Source: the human T2T-CHM13v2.0 reference genome, Homo sapiens | NCBI RefSeq assembly: GCF_009914755.1 | Contig: NC_060940.1 | Length of the DNA stretch: 64,000 bases | Strand: one strand, 5' to 3' | Shown here: one piece after another, positions 13,401 through 27,184 of the stretch | How the letters are laid out: the number at the start of each line of letters is the position of its first letter | Numbering within the stretch: position 1 is the first letter of the stretch | Translations under genes and position numbers: made by a program | Notes under the pieces: model-generated | The model's input: only the letters and a program-made list of their open reading frames with translations | Databases searched by the model: none | Told to the model about the DNA's origin: nothing

Positions 13401-16400
13401 TATTCAACTGACAGAGTTGAACCTTCCTTTAGACAGAGCAGATTTGAAAGTCTCTTTTTGTGGAATTTGCAAGTGGAGATTTCAAGCGCTTTGAGGCAAA
13501 AAGCAGAAAAGGAATTATTTTCCTATAAAAACTCGACAGAATCTTTCTCAGAAACTGCTCTGGGATGTGTGCGTTCAACTCACAGAGTTTAACTTTTCTT
13601 TTCATTCAGCAGTTTGGAAACACTCTGTTTGGAAAGTCTGCACGTGGATATTTTGACCTCTTTGAGGCCTTCGTTGGAAACGGGTTTTTTTCATGTAAGG
13701 CTAGACAGAAGAAATCTCAGTAACTTCCTTGTGTTGTGTGTATTCAACTGACAGAGTTGAACCTTCCTTTAGACAGAGCAGATTCGAAACACTCTTTTTC
13801 TGCAATTTGCAAGTGGAGACTTCAAGCGCTTTGAGGCCAAAGGCAGAAAAGGAAATATCTTCGTATAAAAACCCGACAGAATCATTCTCAGAAACTGCTC
13901 TGTGATGTGTGCGTTCAACTCACAGAGTTTAACTTTTCTTTTCATTCAGCAGTTTGGAAACACTCTGTTTGTAAAGTCTGCAAGTGGATATCTTGGCCTC
14001 TTAGAGGCCTTCGTTGGAAACGGGTTTTTTCATGTAAGGTTAGACAGAGGAATTCCCAGTAACTTCCTTGTGTTGTGTGCATTCAACTCACAGAGTTGAA
14101 TGATTCTTTACACAGAGCAGATTTGAGACACTCTTTTGGTGGAATTTGTAAGTGGAGAATTCAGCCGCTTTGAGGTCAACGGTAGAAAAGGAAATATCTT
14201 CGTATAAAAACTAGACAGAATGATTCTCAGAAACTGTTTTGTGATGTGTGCGTTCAACTCACAGAGTTTAACCTTTCTTTTCAAAGAGCAGTTAGGAAAC
14301 ACTCTGTTTGTAAAGTCTGCAAGTGGATATTCAGACCTCTTTGAGGCCTTCGTTGGAAACGGGATTTCTTCATATTATGCTAGACAGATGAATTCTCAGT
14401 AACTTCCTTGTGTTGTGTGTATTCAACTCACAGAGTTGAACGATCCTTTACACAGAGCAGATTTGAAACACTGTTTTTCTGGAATTTGCAAGTGGAGATT
14501 TCAGCCGCTTTGAGGTCAATGGTAGAAAAGGAAATATCTTCGTATAAAAACTAGACAGAATGATTCTCAGAAACTCCTTTGTGATGTGTGCGTTCAACTC
14601 ACAGAGTTTAACCTTTCTTTTCACAGAGCAGTTAGGAAACACTCTGTTTGTGAAGCCTGCCAGTGGATATTCGGACCTCTTTGAGGCCTTCGTTGGAAAC
14701 GGGATTTCTTCATATTATGCTAGACAGAAGATTTCTCAGTAACTTCTTTGTGTTGTGTGTATGCAACTCACAGAGTTCAACCTTCCTTTAGACAGAGCAG
14801 ATTTGAAACACTCTTTTTGTGGAATTTGCAAGTGGAGATTTCAAGCGCTTCGATGCCAATGGTAGAAAAGGAAATATCTTCGTATAAAAACAAGACAAAC
14901 TCGTTCCCAGACACTGCGTAGTGATGTGTGTGTTTAACTCACAGAGTTTAACCTTTCTTTTCATACAGCATTCTGGAAACCCTGTGTTTGTAAAGTCTGC
15001 AAGTGGATATTTGGACCTCTTAGATGCCTTCGTTGGAAACGGGATTTCTTCATATAATGCTAGAGGGAAGAATTCTTAGTAACTTCTTTGTGTTGTGTGT
15101 ATTCAACTGACAGAGTTGAACCTTCCTTTAGACAGAGCAGATTTGAAAGTCTCTTTTTGTGGAATTTGCAAGTGGAGATTTCAAGCGCTTTGAGGCAAAA
15201 AGCAGAAAAGGAATTATTTTCCTATAAAAACTCGACAGAATCTTTCTCAGAAACTGCTCTGGGATGTGTGCGTTCAACTCACAGAGTTTAACTTTTCTTT
15301 TCATTCAGCAGTTTGGAAACACTCTGTTTGGAAAGTCTGCACGTGGATATTTTGACCTCTTTGAGGCCTTCGTTGGAAACGGGTTTTTTTCATGTAAGGC
15401 TAGACAGAAGAAATCTCAGTAACTTCCTTGTGTTGTGTGTATTCAACTGACAGAGTTGAACCTTCCTTTAGACAGAGCAGATTCGAAACACTCTTTTTCT
15501 GCAATTTGCAAGTGGAGACTTCAAGCGCTTTGAGGCCAAAGGCAGAAAAGGAAATATCTTCGTATAAAAACCCGACAGAATCATTCTCAGAAACTGCTCT
15601 GTGATGTGTGCGTTCAACTCACAGAGTTTAACTTTTCTTTTCATTCAGCAGTTTGGAAACACTCTGTTTGTAAAGTCTGCAAGTGGATATCTTGGCCTCT
15701 TAGAGGCCTTCGTTGGAAACGGGTTTTTTCATGTAAGGTTAGACAGAGGAATTCCCAGTAACTTCCTTGTGTTGTGTGCATTCAACTCACAGAGTTGAAT
15801 GATTCTTTACACAGAGCAGATTTGAGACACTCTTTTGGTGGAATTTGTAAGTGGAGAATTCAGCCGCTTTGAGGTCAACGGTAGAAAAGGAAATATCTTC
15901 GTATAAAAACTAGACAGAATGATTCTCAGAAACTGTTTTGTGATGTGTGCGTTCAACTCACAGAGTTTAACCTTTCTTTTCAAAGAGCAGTTAGGAAACA
16001 CTCTGTTTGTAAAGTCTGCAAGTGGATATTCAGACCTCTTTGAGGCCTTCGTTGGAAACGGGATTTCTTCATATTATGCTAGACAGATGAATTCTCAGTA
16101 ACTTCCTTGTGTTGTGTGTATTCAACTCACAGAGTTGAACGATCCTTTACACAGAGCAGATTTGAAACACTGTTTTTCTGGAATTTGCAAGTGGAGATTT
16201 CAGCCGCTTTGAGGTCAATGGTAGAAAAGGAAATATCTTCGTATAAAAACTAGACAGAATGATTCTCAGAAACTCCTTTGTGATGTGTGCGTTCAACTCA
16301 CAGAGTTTAACCTTTCTTTTCACAGAGCAGTTAGGAAACACTCTGTTTGTGAAGCCTGCCAGTGGATATTCGGACCTCTTTGAGGCCTTCGTTGGAAACG

Positions 16401-19400
16401 GGATTTCTTCATATTATGCTAGACAGAAGATTTCTCAGTAACTTCTTTGTGTTGTGTGTATGCAACTCACAGAGTTCAACCTTCCTTTAGACAGAGCAGA
16501 TTTGAAACACTCTTTTTGTGGAATTTGCAAGTGGAGATTTCAAGCGCTTCGATGCCAATGGTAGAAAAGGAAATATCTTCGTATAAAAACAAGACAAACT
16601 CGTTCCCAGACACTGCGTAGTGATGTGTGTGTTTAACTCACAGAGTTTAACCTTTCTTTTCATACAGCATTCTGGAAACCCTGTGTTTGTAAAGTCTGCA
16701 AGTGGATATTTGGACCTCTTAGATGCCTTCGTTGGAAACGGGATTTCTTCATATAATGCTAGAGGGAAGAATTCTTAGTAACTTCTTTGTGTTGTGTGTA
16801 TTCAACTGACAGAGTTGAACCTTCCTTTAGACAGAGCAGATTTGAAAGTCTCTTTTTGTGGAATTTGCAAGTGGAGATTTCAAGCGCTTTGAGGCCAAAA
16901 GCAGAAAAGGAAGTATTTTCCTATAAAAACTCGACAGAATCTTTCTCAGAAACTGCTCTGGGATGTGTGCGTTCAACTCACAGAGTTTAACTTTTCTTTT
17001 CATTCAGCAGTTTGGAAACACTCTGTTTGGAAAGTCTGCACGTGGATATTTTGACCTCTTTGAGGCCTTCGTTGGAAACGGGTTTTTTTCATGTAAGGCT
17101 AGACAGAAGAAATCTCAGTAACTTCCTTGTGTTGTGTGTATTCAACTGACAGAGTTGAACCTTCCTTTAGACAGAGCAGATTCGAAACACTCTTTTTCTG
17201 CAATTTGCAAGTGGAGACTTCAAGCGCTTTGAGGCCAAAGGCAGAAAAGGAAATATCTTCGTATAAAAACCCGACAGAATCATTCTCAGAAACTGCTCTG
17301 TGATGTGTGCGTTCAACTCACAGAGTTTAACTTTTCTTTTCATTCAGCAGTTTGGAAACACTCTGTTTGTAAAGTCTGCAAGTGGATATCTTGGCCTCTT
17401 AGAGGCCTTCGTTGGAAACGGGTTTTATCATGTAAGGTTAGACAGAGGAATTCCCAGTAACTTCCTTGTGTTGTGTGCATTCAACTCACAGAGTTGAATG
17501 ATTCTTTACACAGAGCAGATTTGAGACACTCTTTTGGTGGAATTTGTAAGTGGAGAATTCAGCCGCTTTGAGGTCAACGGTAGAAAAGGAAATATCTTCG
17601 TATAAAAACTAGGCAGAATGATTCTCAGAAACTGTTTTGTGATGTGTGCGTTCAACTCACAGAGTTTAACCTTTCTTTTCAAAGAGCAGTTAGGAAACAC
17701 TCTGTTTGTAAAGTCTGCAAGTGGATATTCAGACCTCTTTGAGGCCTTCGTTGGAAACGGGATTTCTTCATATTATGCTAGACAGATGAATTCTCAGTAA
17801 CTTCCTTGTGTTGTGTGTATTCAACTCACAGAGTTGAACGATCCTTTACACAGAGCAGATTTGAAACACTGTTTTTCTGGAATTTGCAAGTGGAGATTTC
17901 AGCCGCTTTGAGGTCAATGGTAGAAAAGGAAATATCTTCGTATAAAAACTAGACAGAATGATTCTCAGAAACTCCTTTGTGATGTGTGCGTTCAACTCAC
18001 AGAGTTTAACCTTTCTTTTCACAGAGCAGTTAGGAAACACTCTGTTTGTGAAGCCTGCCAGTGGATATTCGGACCTCTTTGAGGCCTTCGTTGGAAACGG
18101 GATTTCTTCATATTATGCTAGACAGAAGATTTCTCAGTAACTTCTTTGTGTTGTGTGTATGCAACTCACAGAGTTCAACCTTCCTTTAGACAGAGCAGAT
18201 TTGAAACACTCTTTTTGTGGAATTTGCAAGTGGAGATTTCAAGCGCTTCGATGCCAATGGTAGAAAAGGAAATATCTTCGTATAAAAACAAGACAAACTC
18301 GTTCCCAGACACTGCGTAGTGATGTGTGTGTTTAACTCACAGAGTTTAACCTTTCTTTTCATACAGCATTCTGGAAACCCTGTGTTTGTAAAGTCTGCAA
18401 GTGGATATTTGGACCTCTTAGATGCCTTCGTTGGAAACGGGATTTCTTCATATAATGCTAGAGGGAAGAATTCTTAGTAACTTCTTTGTGTTGTGTGTAT
18501 TCAACTGACAGAGTTGAACCTTCCTTTAGACAGAGCAGATTTGAAAGTCTCTTTTTGTGGAATTTGCAAGTGGAGATTTCAAGCGCTTTGAGGCCAAAAG
18601 CAGAAAAGGAAATATTTTCCTATAAAAACTCGACAGAATCTTTCTCAGAAACTGCTCTGGGATGTGTGCGTTCAACTCACAGAGTTTAACTTTTCTTTTC
18701 ATTCAGCAGTTTGGAAACACTCTGTTTGGAAAGTCTGCACGTGGATATTTTGACCTCTTTGAGGCCTTCGTTGGAAACGGGTTTTTTTCATGTAAGGCTA
18801 GACAGAAGAAATCTCAGTAACTTCCTTGTGTTGTGTGTATTCAACTGACAGAGTTGAACCTTCCTTTAGACAGAGCAGATTCGAAACACTCTTTTTCTGC
18901 AATTTGCAAGTGGAGACTTCAAGCGCTTTGAGGCCAAAGGCAGAAAAGGAAATATCTTCGTATAAAAACCCGACAGAATCATTCTCAGAAACTGCTCTGT
19001 GATGTGTGCGTTCAACTCACAGAGTTTAACTTTTCTTTTCATTCAGCAGTTTGGAAACACTCTGTTTGTAAAGTCTGCAAGTGGATATCTTGGCCTCTTA
19101 GAGGCCTTCGTTGGAAGCGGGTTTTTTCATGTAAGGATAGACAGAGGAATTCCCAGTAACTTCCTTGTGTTGTGTGCATTCAACTCACAGAGTTGAATGA
19201 TTCTTTACACAGAGCAGATTTGAGACACTCTTTTGGTGGAATTTGTAAGTGGAGAATTCAGCCGCTTTGAGGTCAACGGTAGAAAAGGAAATATCTTCGT
19301 ATAAAAACTAGACAGAATGATTCTCAGAAACTGTTTTGTGATGTGTGCGTTCAACTCACAGAGTTTAACCTTTCTTTTCAAAGAGCAGTTAGGAAACACT

Positions 19401-22400
19401 CTGTTTGTAAAGTCTGCAAGTGGATATTCAGACCTCTTTGAGGCCTTCGTTGGAAACGGGATTTCTTCATATTATGCTAGACAGATGAATTCTCAGTAAC
19501 TTCCTTGTGTTGTGTGTATTCAACTCACAGAGTTGAACGATCCTTTACACAGAGCAGATTTGAAACACTGTTTTTCTGGAATTTGCAAGTGGAGATTTCA
19601 GCCGCTTTGAGGTCAATGGTAGAAAAGGAAATATCTTCGTATAAAAACTAGACAGAATGATTCTCAGAAACTCCTTTGTGATGTGTGCGTTCAACTCACA
19701 GAGTTTAACCTTTCTTTTCACAGAGCAGTTAGGAAACACTCTGTTTGTGAAGCCTGCCAGTGGATATTCGGACCTCTTTGAGGCCTTCGTTGGAAACGGG
19801 ATTTCTTCATATTATGCTAGACAGAAGATTTCTCAGTAACTTCTTTGTGTTGTGTGTATGCAACTCACAGAGTTCAACCTTCCTTTAGACAGAGCAGATT
19901 TGAAACACTCTTTTTGTGGAATTTGCAAGTGGAGATTTCAAGCGCTTCGATGCCAATGGTAGAAAAGGAAATATCTTCGCATAAAAACAAGACAAACTCG
20001 TTCCCAGACACTGCGTAGTGATGTGTGTGTTTAACTCACAGAGTTTCACCTTTCTTTTCATACAGCATTCTGGAAACCCTGTGTTTGTAAAGTCTGCAAG
20101 TGGATATTTGGACCTCTTAGATGCCTTCGTTGGAAACGGGATTTCTTCATATAATGCTAGAGGGAAGAATTCTTAGTAACTTCTTTGTGTTGTGTGTATT
20201 CAACTGACAGAGTTGAACCTTCCTTTAGACAGAGCAGATTTGAAAGTCTCTTTTTGTGGAATTTGCAAGTGGAGATTTCAAGCGCTTTGAGGCCAAAAGC
20301 AGAAAAGGAAGTATTTTCCTATAAAAACTCGACAGAATCTTTCTCAGAAACTGCTCTGGGATGTGTGCGTTCAACTCACAGAGTTTAACTTTTCTTTTCA
20401 TTCAGCAGTTTGGAAACACTCTGTTTGGAAAGTCTGCACGTGGATATTTTGACCTCTTTGAGGCCTTCGTTGGAAACGGGTTTTTTTCATGTAAGGCTAG
20501 ACAGAAGAAATCTCAGTAACTTCCTTGTGTTGTGTGTATTCAACTGACAGAGTTGAACCTTCCTTTAGACAGAGCAGATTCGAAACACTCTTTTTCTGCA
20601 ATTTGCAAGTGGAGACTTCAAGCGCTTTGAGGCCAAAGGCAGAAAAGGAAATATCTTCGTATAAAAACCCGACAGAATCATTCTCAGAAACTGCTCTGTG
20701 ATGTGTGCGTTCAACTCACAGAGTTTAACTTTTCTTTTCATTCAGCAGTTTGGAAACACTCTGTTTGTAAAGTCTGCAAGTGGATATCTTGGCCTCTTAG
20801 AGGCCTTCGTTGGAAACGGGTTTTATCATGTAAGGTTAGACAGAGGAATTCCCAGTAACTTCCTTGTGTTGTGTGCATTCAACTCACAGAGTTGAATGAT
20901 TCTTTACACAGAGCAGATTTGAGACACTCTTTTGGTGGAATTTGTAAGTGGAGAATTCAGCCGCTTTGAGGTCAACGGTAGAAAAGGAAATATCTTCGTA
21001 TAAAAACTAGGCAGAATGATTCTCAGAAACTGTTTTGTGATGTGTGCGTTCAACTCACAGAGTTTAACCTTTCTTTTCAAAGAGCAGTTAGGAAACACTC
21101 TGTTTGTAAAGTCTGCAAGTGGATATTCAGACCTCTTTGAGGCCTTCGTTGGAAACGGGATTTCTTCATATTATGCTAGACAGATGAATTCTCAGTAACT
21201 TCCTTGTGTTGTGTGTATTCAACTCACAGAGTTGAACGATCCTTTACACAGAGCAGATTTGAAACACTGTTTTTCTGGAATTTGCAAGTGGAGATTTCAG
21301 CCGCTTTGAGGTCAATGGTAGAAAAGGAAATATCTTCGTATAAAAACTAGACAGAATGATTCTCAGAAACTCCTTTGTGATGTGTGCGTTCAACTCACAG
21401 AGTTTAACCTTTCTTTTCACAGAGCAGTTAGGAAACACTCTGTTTGTGAAGCCTGCCAGTGGATATTCGGACCTCTTTGAGGCCTTCGTTGGAAACGGGA
21501 TTTCTTCATATTATGCTAGACAGAAGATTTCTCAGTAACTTCTTTGTGTTGTGTGTATGCAACTCACAGAGTTCAACCTTCCTTTAGACAGAGCAGATTT
21601 GAAACACTCTTTTTGTGGAATTTGCAAGTGGAGATTTCAAGCGCTTCGATGCCAATGGTAGAAAAGGAAATATCTTCGTATAAAAACAAGACAAACTCGT
21701 TCCCAGACACTGCGTAGTGATGTGTGTGTTTAACTCACAGAGTTTAACCTTTCTTTTCATACAGCATTCTGGAAACCCTGTGTTTGTAAAGTCTGCAAGT
21801 GGATATTTGGACCTCTTAGATGCCTTCGTTGGAAACGGGATTTCTTCATATAATGCTAGAGGGAAGAATTCTTAGTAACTTCTTTGTGTTGTGTGTATTC
21901 AACTGACAGAGTTGAACCTTCCTTTAGACAGAGCAGATTTGAAAGTCTCTTTTTGTGGAATTTGCAAGTGGAGATTTCAAGCGCTTTGAGGCCAAAAGCA
22001 GAAAAGGAAATATTTTCCTATAAAAACTCGACAGAATCTTTCTCAGAAACTGCTCTGGGATGTGTGCGTTCAACTCACAGAGTTTAACTTTTCTTTTCAT
22101 TCAGCAGTTTGGAAACACTCTGTTTGGAAAGTCTGCACGTGGATATTTTGACCTCTTTGAGGCCTTCGTTGGAAACGGGTTTTTTTCATGTAAGGCTAGA
22201 CAGAAGAAATCTCAGTAACTTCCTTGTGTTGTGTGTATTCAACTGACAGAGTTGAACCTTCCTTTAGACAGAGCAGATTCGAAACACTCTTTTTCTGCAA
22301 TTTGCAAGTGGAGACTTCAAGCGCTTTGAGGCCAAAGGCAGAAAAGCAAATATCTTCGTATAAAAACCCGACAGAATCATTCTCAGAAACTGCTCTGTGA

Positions 22401-25400
22401 TGTGTGCGTTCAACTCACAGAGTTTAACTTTTCTTTTCATTCAGCAGTTTGGAAACACTCTGTTTGTAAAGTCTGCAAGTGGATATCTTGGCCTCTTAGA
22501 GGCCTTCGTTGGAAACGGGTTTTTTCATGTAAGGTTAGACAGAGGAATTCCCAGTAACTTCCTTGTGTTGTGTGCATTCAACTCACAGAGTTGAATGATT
22601 CTTTACACAGAGCAGATTTGAGACACTCTTTTGGTGGAATTTGTAAGTGGAGAATTCAGCCGCTTTGAGGTCAACGGTAGAAAAGGAAATATCTTCGTAT
22701 AAAAACTAGACAGAATGATTCTCAGAAACTGTTTTGTGATGTGTGCGTTCAACTCACAGAGTTTAACCTTTCTTTTCAAAGAGCAGTTAGGAAACACTCT
22801 GTTTGTAAAGTCTGCAAGTGGATATTCAGACCTCTTTGAGGCCTTCGTTGGAAACGGGATTTCTTCATATTATGCTAGACAGATGAATTCTCAGTAACTT
22901 CCTTGTGTTGTGTGTATTCAACTCACAGAGTTGAACGATCCTTTACACAGAGCAGATTTGAAACACTGTTTTTCTGGAATTTGCAAGTGGAGATTTCAGC
23001 CGCTTTGAGGTCAACGGTAGAAAAGGAAATATCTTCGTATAAAAACTAGACAGAATGATTCTCAGAAACTCCTTTGTGATGTGTGCGTTCAACTCACAGA
23101 GTTTAACCTTTCTTTTCACAGAGCAGTTAGGAAACACTCTGTTTGTGAAGCCTGCCAGTGGATATTCGGACCTCTTTGAGGCCTTCGTTGGAAACGGGAT
23201 TTCTTCATATTATGCTAGACAGAAGATTTCTCAGTAACTTCTTTGTGTTGTGTGTATGCAACTCACAGAGTTCAACCTTCCTTTAGACAGAGCAGATTTG
23301 AAACACTCTTTTTGTGGAATTTGCAAGTGGAGATTTCAAGCGCTTCGATGCCAATGGTAGAAAAGGAAATATCTTCGTATAAAAACAAGACAAACTCGTT
23401 CCCAGACACTGCGTAGTGATGTGTGTGTTTAACTCACAGAGTTTAACCTTTCTTTTCATACAGCATTCTGGAAACCCTGTGTTTGTAAAGTCTGCAAGTG
23501 GATATTTGGACCTCTTAGATGCCTTCGTTGGAAACGGGATTTCTTCATATAATGCTAGAGGGAAGAATTCTTAGTAACTTCTTTGTGTTGTGTGTATTCA
23601 ACTGACAGAGTTGAACCTTCCTTTAGACAGAGCAGATTTGAAAGTCTCTTTCTGTGGAATTTGCAAGTGGAGATTTCAAGCGCTTTGAGGCCAAAAGCAG
23701 AAAAGGAAATATTTTCCTATAAAAACTCGACAGAATCTTTCTCAGAAACTGCTCTGGGATGTGTGCGTTCAACTCACAGAGTTTAACTTTTCTTTTCATT
23801 CAGCAGTTTGGAAACACTCTGTTTGGAAAGTCTGCACGTGGATATTTTGACCTCTTTGAGGCCTTCGTTGGAAACGGGTTTTTTTCATGTAAGGCTAGAC
23901 AGAAGAAATCTCAGTAACTTCCTTGTGTTGTGTGTATTCAACTGACAGAGTTGAACCTTCCTTTAGACAGAGCAGATTCGAAACACTCTTTTTCTGCAAT
24001 TTGCAAGTGGAGACTTCAAGCGCTTTGAGGCCAAAGGCAGAAAAGGAAATATCTTCGTATAAAAACCCGACAGAATCATTCTCAGAAACTGCTCTGTGAT
24101 GTGTGCGTTCAACTCACAGAGTTTAACTTTTCTTTTCATTCAGCAGTTTGGAAACACTCTGTTTGTAAAGTCTGCAAGTGGATATCTTGGCCTCTTAGAG
24201 GCCTTCGTTGGAAACGGGTTTTATCATGTAAGGTTAGACAGAGGAATTCCCAGTAACTTCCTTGTGTTGTGTGCATTCAACTCACAGAGTTGAATGATTC
24301 TTTACACAGAGCAGATTTGAGACACTCTTTTGGTGGAATTTGTAAGTGGAGAATTCAGCCGCTTTGATGTCAACGGTAGAAAAGGAAATATCTTCGTATA
24401 AAAACTAGACAGAATGATTCTCAGAAACTGTTTTGTGATGTGTGCTTTCAACTCACAGAGTTTAACCTTTCTTTTCAAAGAGCAGTTAGGAAACACTCTG
24501 TTTGTAAAGTCTGCAAGTGGATATTCAGACCTCTTTGAGGCCTTCGTTGGAAACGGGATTTCTTCATATTATGCTAGACAGATGAATTCTCAGTAACTTC
24601 CTTGTGTTGTGTGTATTCAACTCACAGAGTTGAACGATCCTTTACACAGAGCAGATTTGAAACACTGTTTTTCTGGAATTTGCAAGTGGAGATTTCAGCC
24701 GCTTTGAGGTCAATGGTAGAAAAGGAAATATCTTCGTATAAAAACTAGACAGAATGATTCTCAGAAACTCCTTTGTGATGTGTGCGTTCAACTCACAGAG
24801 TTTAACCTTTCTTTTCACAGAGCAGTTAGGAAACACTCTGTTTGTGAAGCCTGCCAGTGGATATTCGGACCTCTTTGAGGCCTTCGTTGGAAACGGGATT
24901 TCTTCATATTATGCTAGACAGAAGATTTCTCAGTAACTTCTTTGTGTTGTGTGTATGCAACTCACAGAGTTCAACCTTCCTTTAGACAGAGCAGATTTGA
25001 AACACTCTTTTTGTGGAATTTGCAAGTGGAGATTTCAAGCGCTTCGATGCCAATGGTAGAAAAGGAAATATCTTCGTATAAAAACAAGACAAACTCGTTC
25101 CCAGACACTGCGTAGTGATGTGTGTGTTTAACTCACAGAGTTTAACCTTTCTTTTCATACAGCATTCTGGAAACCCTGTGTTTGTAAAGTCTGCAAGTGG
25201 ATATTTGGACCTCTTAGATGCCTTCGTTGGAAACGGGATTTCTTCATATAATGCTAGAGGGAAGAATTCTTAGTAACTTCTTTGTGTTGTGTGTATTCAA
25301 CTGACAGAGTTGAACCTTCCTTTAGACAGAGCAGATTTGAAAGTCTCTTTCTGTGGAATTTGCAAGTGGAGATTTCAAGCGCTTTGAGGCCAAAAGCAGA

Positions 25401-27184
25401 AAAGGAAATATTTTCCTATAAAAACTCGACAGAATCTTTCTCAGAAACTGCTCTGGGATGTGTGCGTTCAACTCACAGAGTTTAACTTTTCTTTTCATTC
25501 AGCAGTTTGGAAACACTCTGTTTGGAAAGTCTGCACGTGGATATTTTGACCTCTTTGAGGCCTTCGTTGGAAACGGGTTTTTTTCATGTAAGGCTAGACA
25601 GAAGAAATCTCAGTAACTTCCTTGTGTTGTGTGTATTCAACTGACAGAGTTGAACCTTCCTTTAGACAGAGCAGATTCGAAACACTCTTTTTCTGCAATT
25701 TGCAAGAGGAGACTTCAAGCGCTTTGAGGCCAAAGGCAGAAAAGGAAATATCTTCGTATAAAAACCCGACAGAATCATTCTCAGAAACTGCTCTGTGATG
25801 TGTGCGTTCAACTCACAGAGTTTAACTTTTCTTTTCATTCAGCAGTTTGGAAACACTCTGTTTGTAAAGTCTGCAAGTGGATATCTTGGCCTCTTAGAGG
25901 CCTTCGTTGGAAACGGGTTTTATCATGTAAGGTTAGACAGAGGAATTCCCAGTAACTTCCTTGTGTTGTGTGCATTCAACTCACAGAGTTGAATGATTCT
26001 TTACACAGAGCAGATTTGAGACACTCTTTTGGTGGAATTTGTAAGTGGAGAATTCAGCCGCTTTGATGTCAACGGTAGAAAAGGAAATATCTTCGTATAA
26101 AAACTAGACAGAATGATTCTCAGAAACTGTTTTGTGATGTGTGCTTTCAACTCACAGAGTTTAACCTTTCTTTTCAAAGAGCAGTTAGGAAACACTCTGT
26201 TTGTAAAGTCTGCAAGTGGATATTCAGACCTCTTTGAGGCCTTCGTTGGAAACGGGATTTCTTCATATTATGCTAGACAGATGAATTCTCAGTAACTTCC
26301 TTGTGTTGTGTGTATTCAACTCACAGAGTTGAACGATCCTTTACACAGAGCAGATTTGAAACACTGTTTTTCTGGAATTTGCAAGTGGAGATTTCAGCCG
26401 CTTTGAGGTCAATGGTAGAAAAGGAAATATCTTCGTATAAAAACTAGACAGAATGATTCTCAGAAACTCCTTTGTGATGTGTGCGTTCAACTCACAGAGT
26501 TTAACCTTTCTTTTCACAGAGCAGTTAGGAAACACTCTGTTTGTGAAGCCTGCCAGTGGATATTCGGACCTCTTTGAGGCCTTCGTTGGAAACGGGATTT
26601 CTTCATATTATGCTAGACAGAAGATTTCTCAGTAACTTCTTTGTGTTGTGTGTATGCAACTCACAGAGTTCAACCTTCCTTTAGACAGAGCAGATTTGAA
26701 ACACTCTTTTTGTGGAATTTGCAAGTGGAGATTTCAAGCGCTTCGATGCCAATGGTAGAAAAGGAAATATCTTCGTATAAAAACAAGACAAACTCGTTCC
26801 CAGACACTGCGTAGTGATGTGTGTGTTTAACTCACAGAGTTTAACCTTTCTTTTCATACAGCATTCTGGAAACCCTGTGTTTGTAAAGTCTGCAAGTGGA
26901 TATTTGGACCTCTTAGATGCCTTCGTTGGAAACGGGATTTCTTCATATAATGCTAGAGGGAAGAATTCTTAGTAACTTCTTTGTGTTGTGTGTATTCAAC
27001 TGACAGAGTTGAACCTTCCTTTAGACAGAGCAGATTTGAAAGTCTCTTTCTGTGGAATTTGCAAGTGGAGATTTCAAGCGCTTTGAGGCCAAAAGCAGAA
27101 AAGGAAATATTTTCCTATAAAAACTCGACAGAATCTTTCTCAGAAACTGCTCTGGGATGTGTGCGTTCAACTCTCAGAGTTTAA

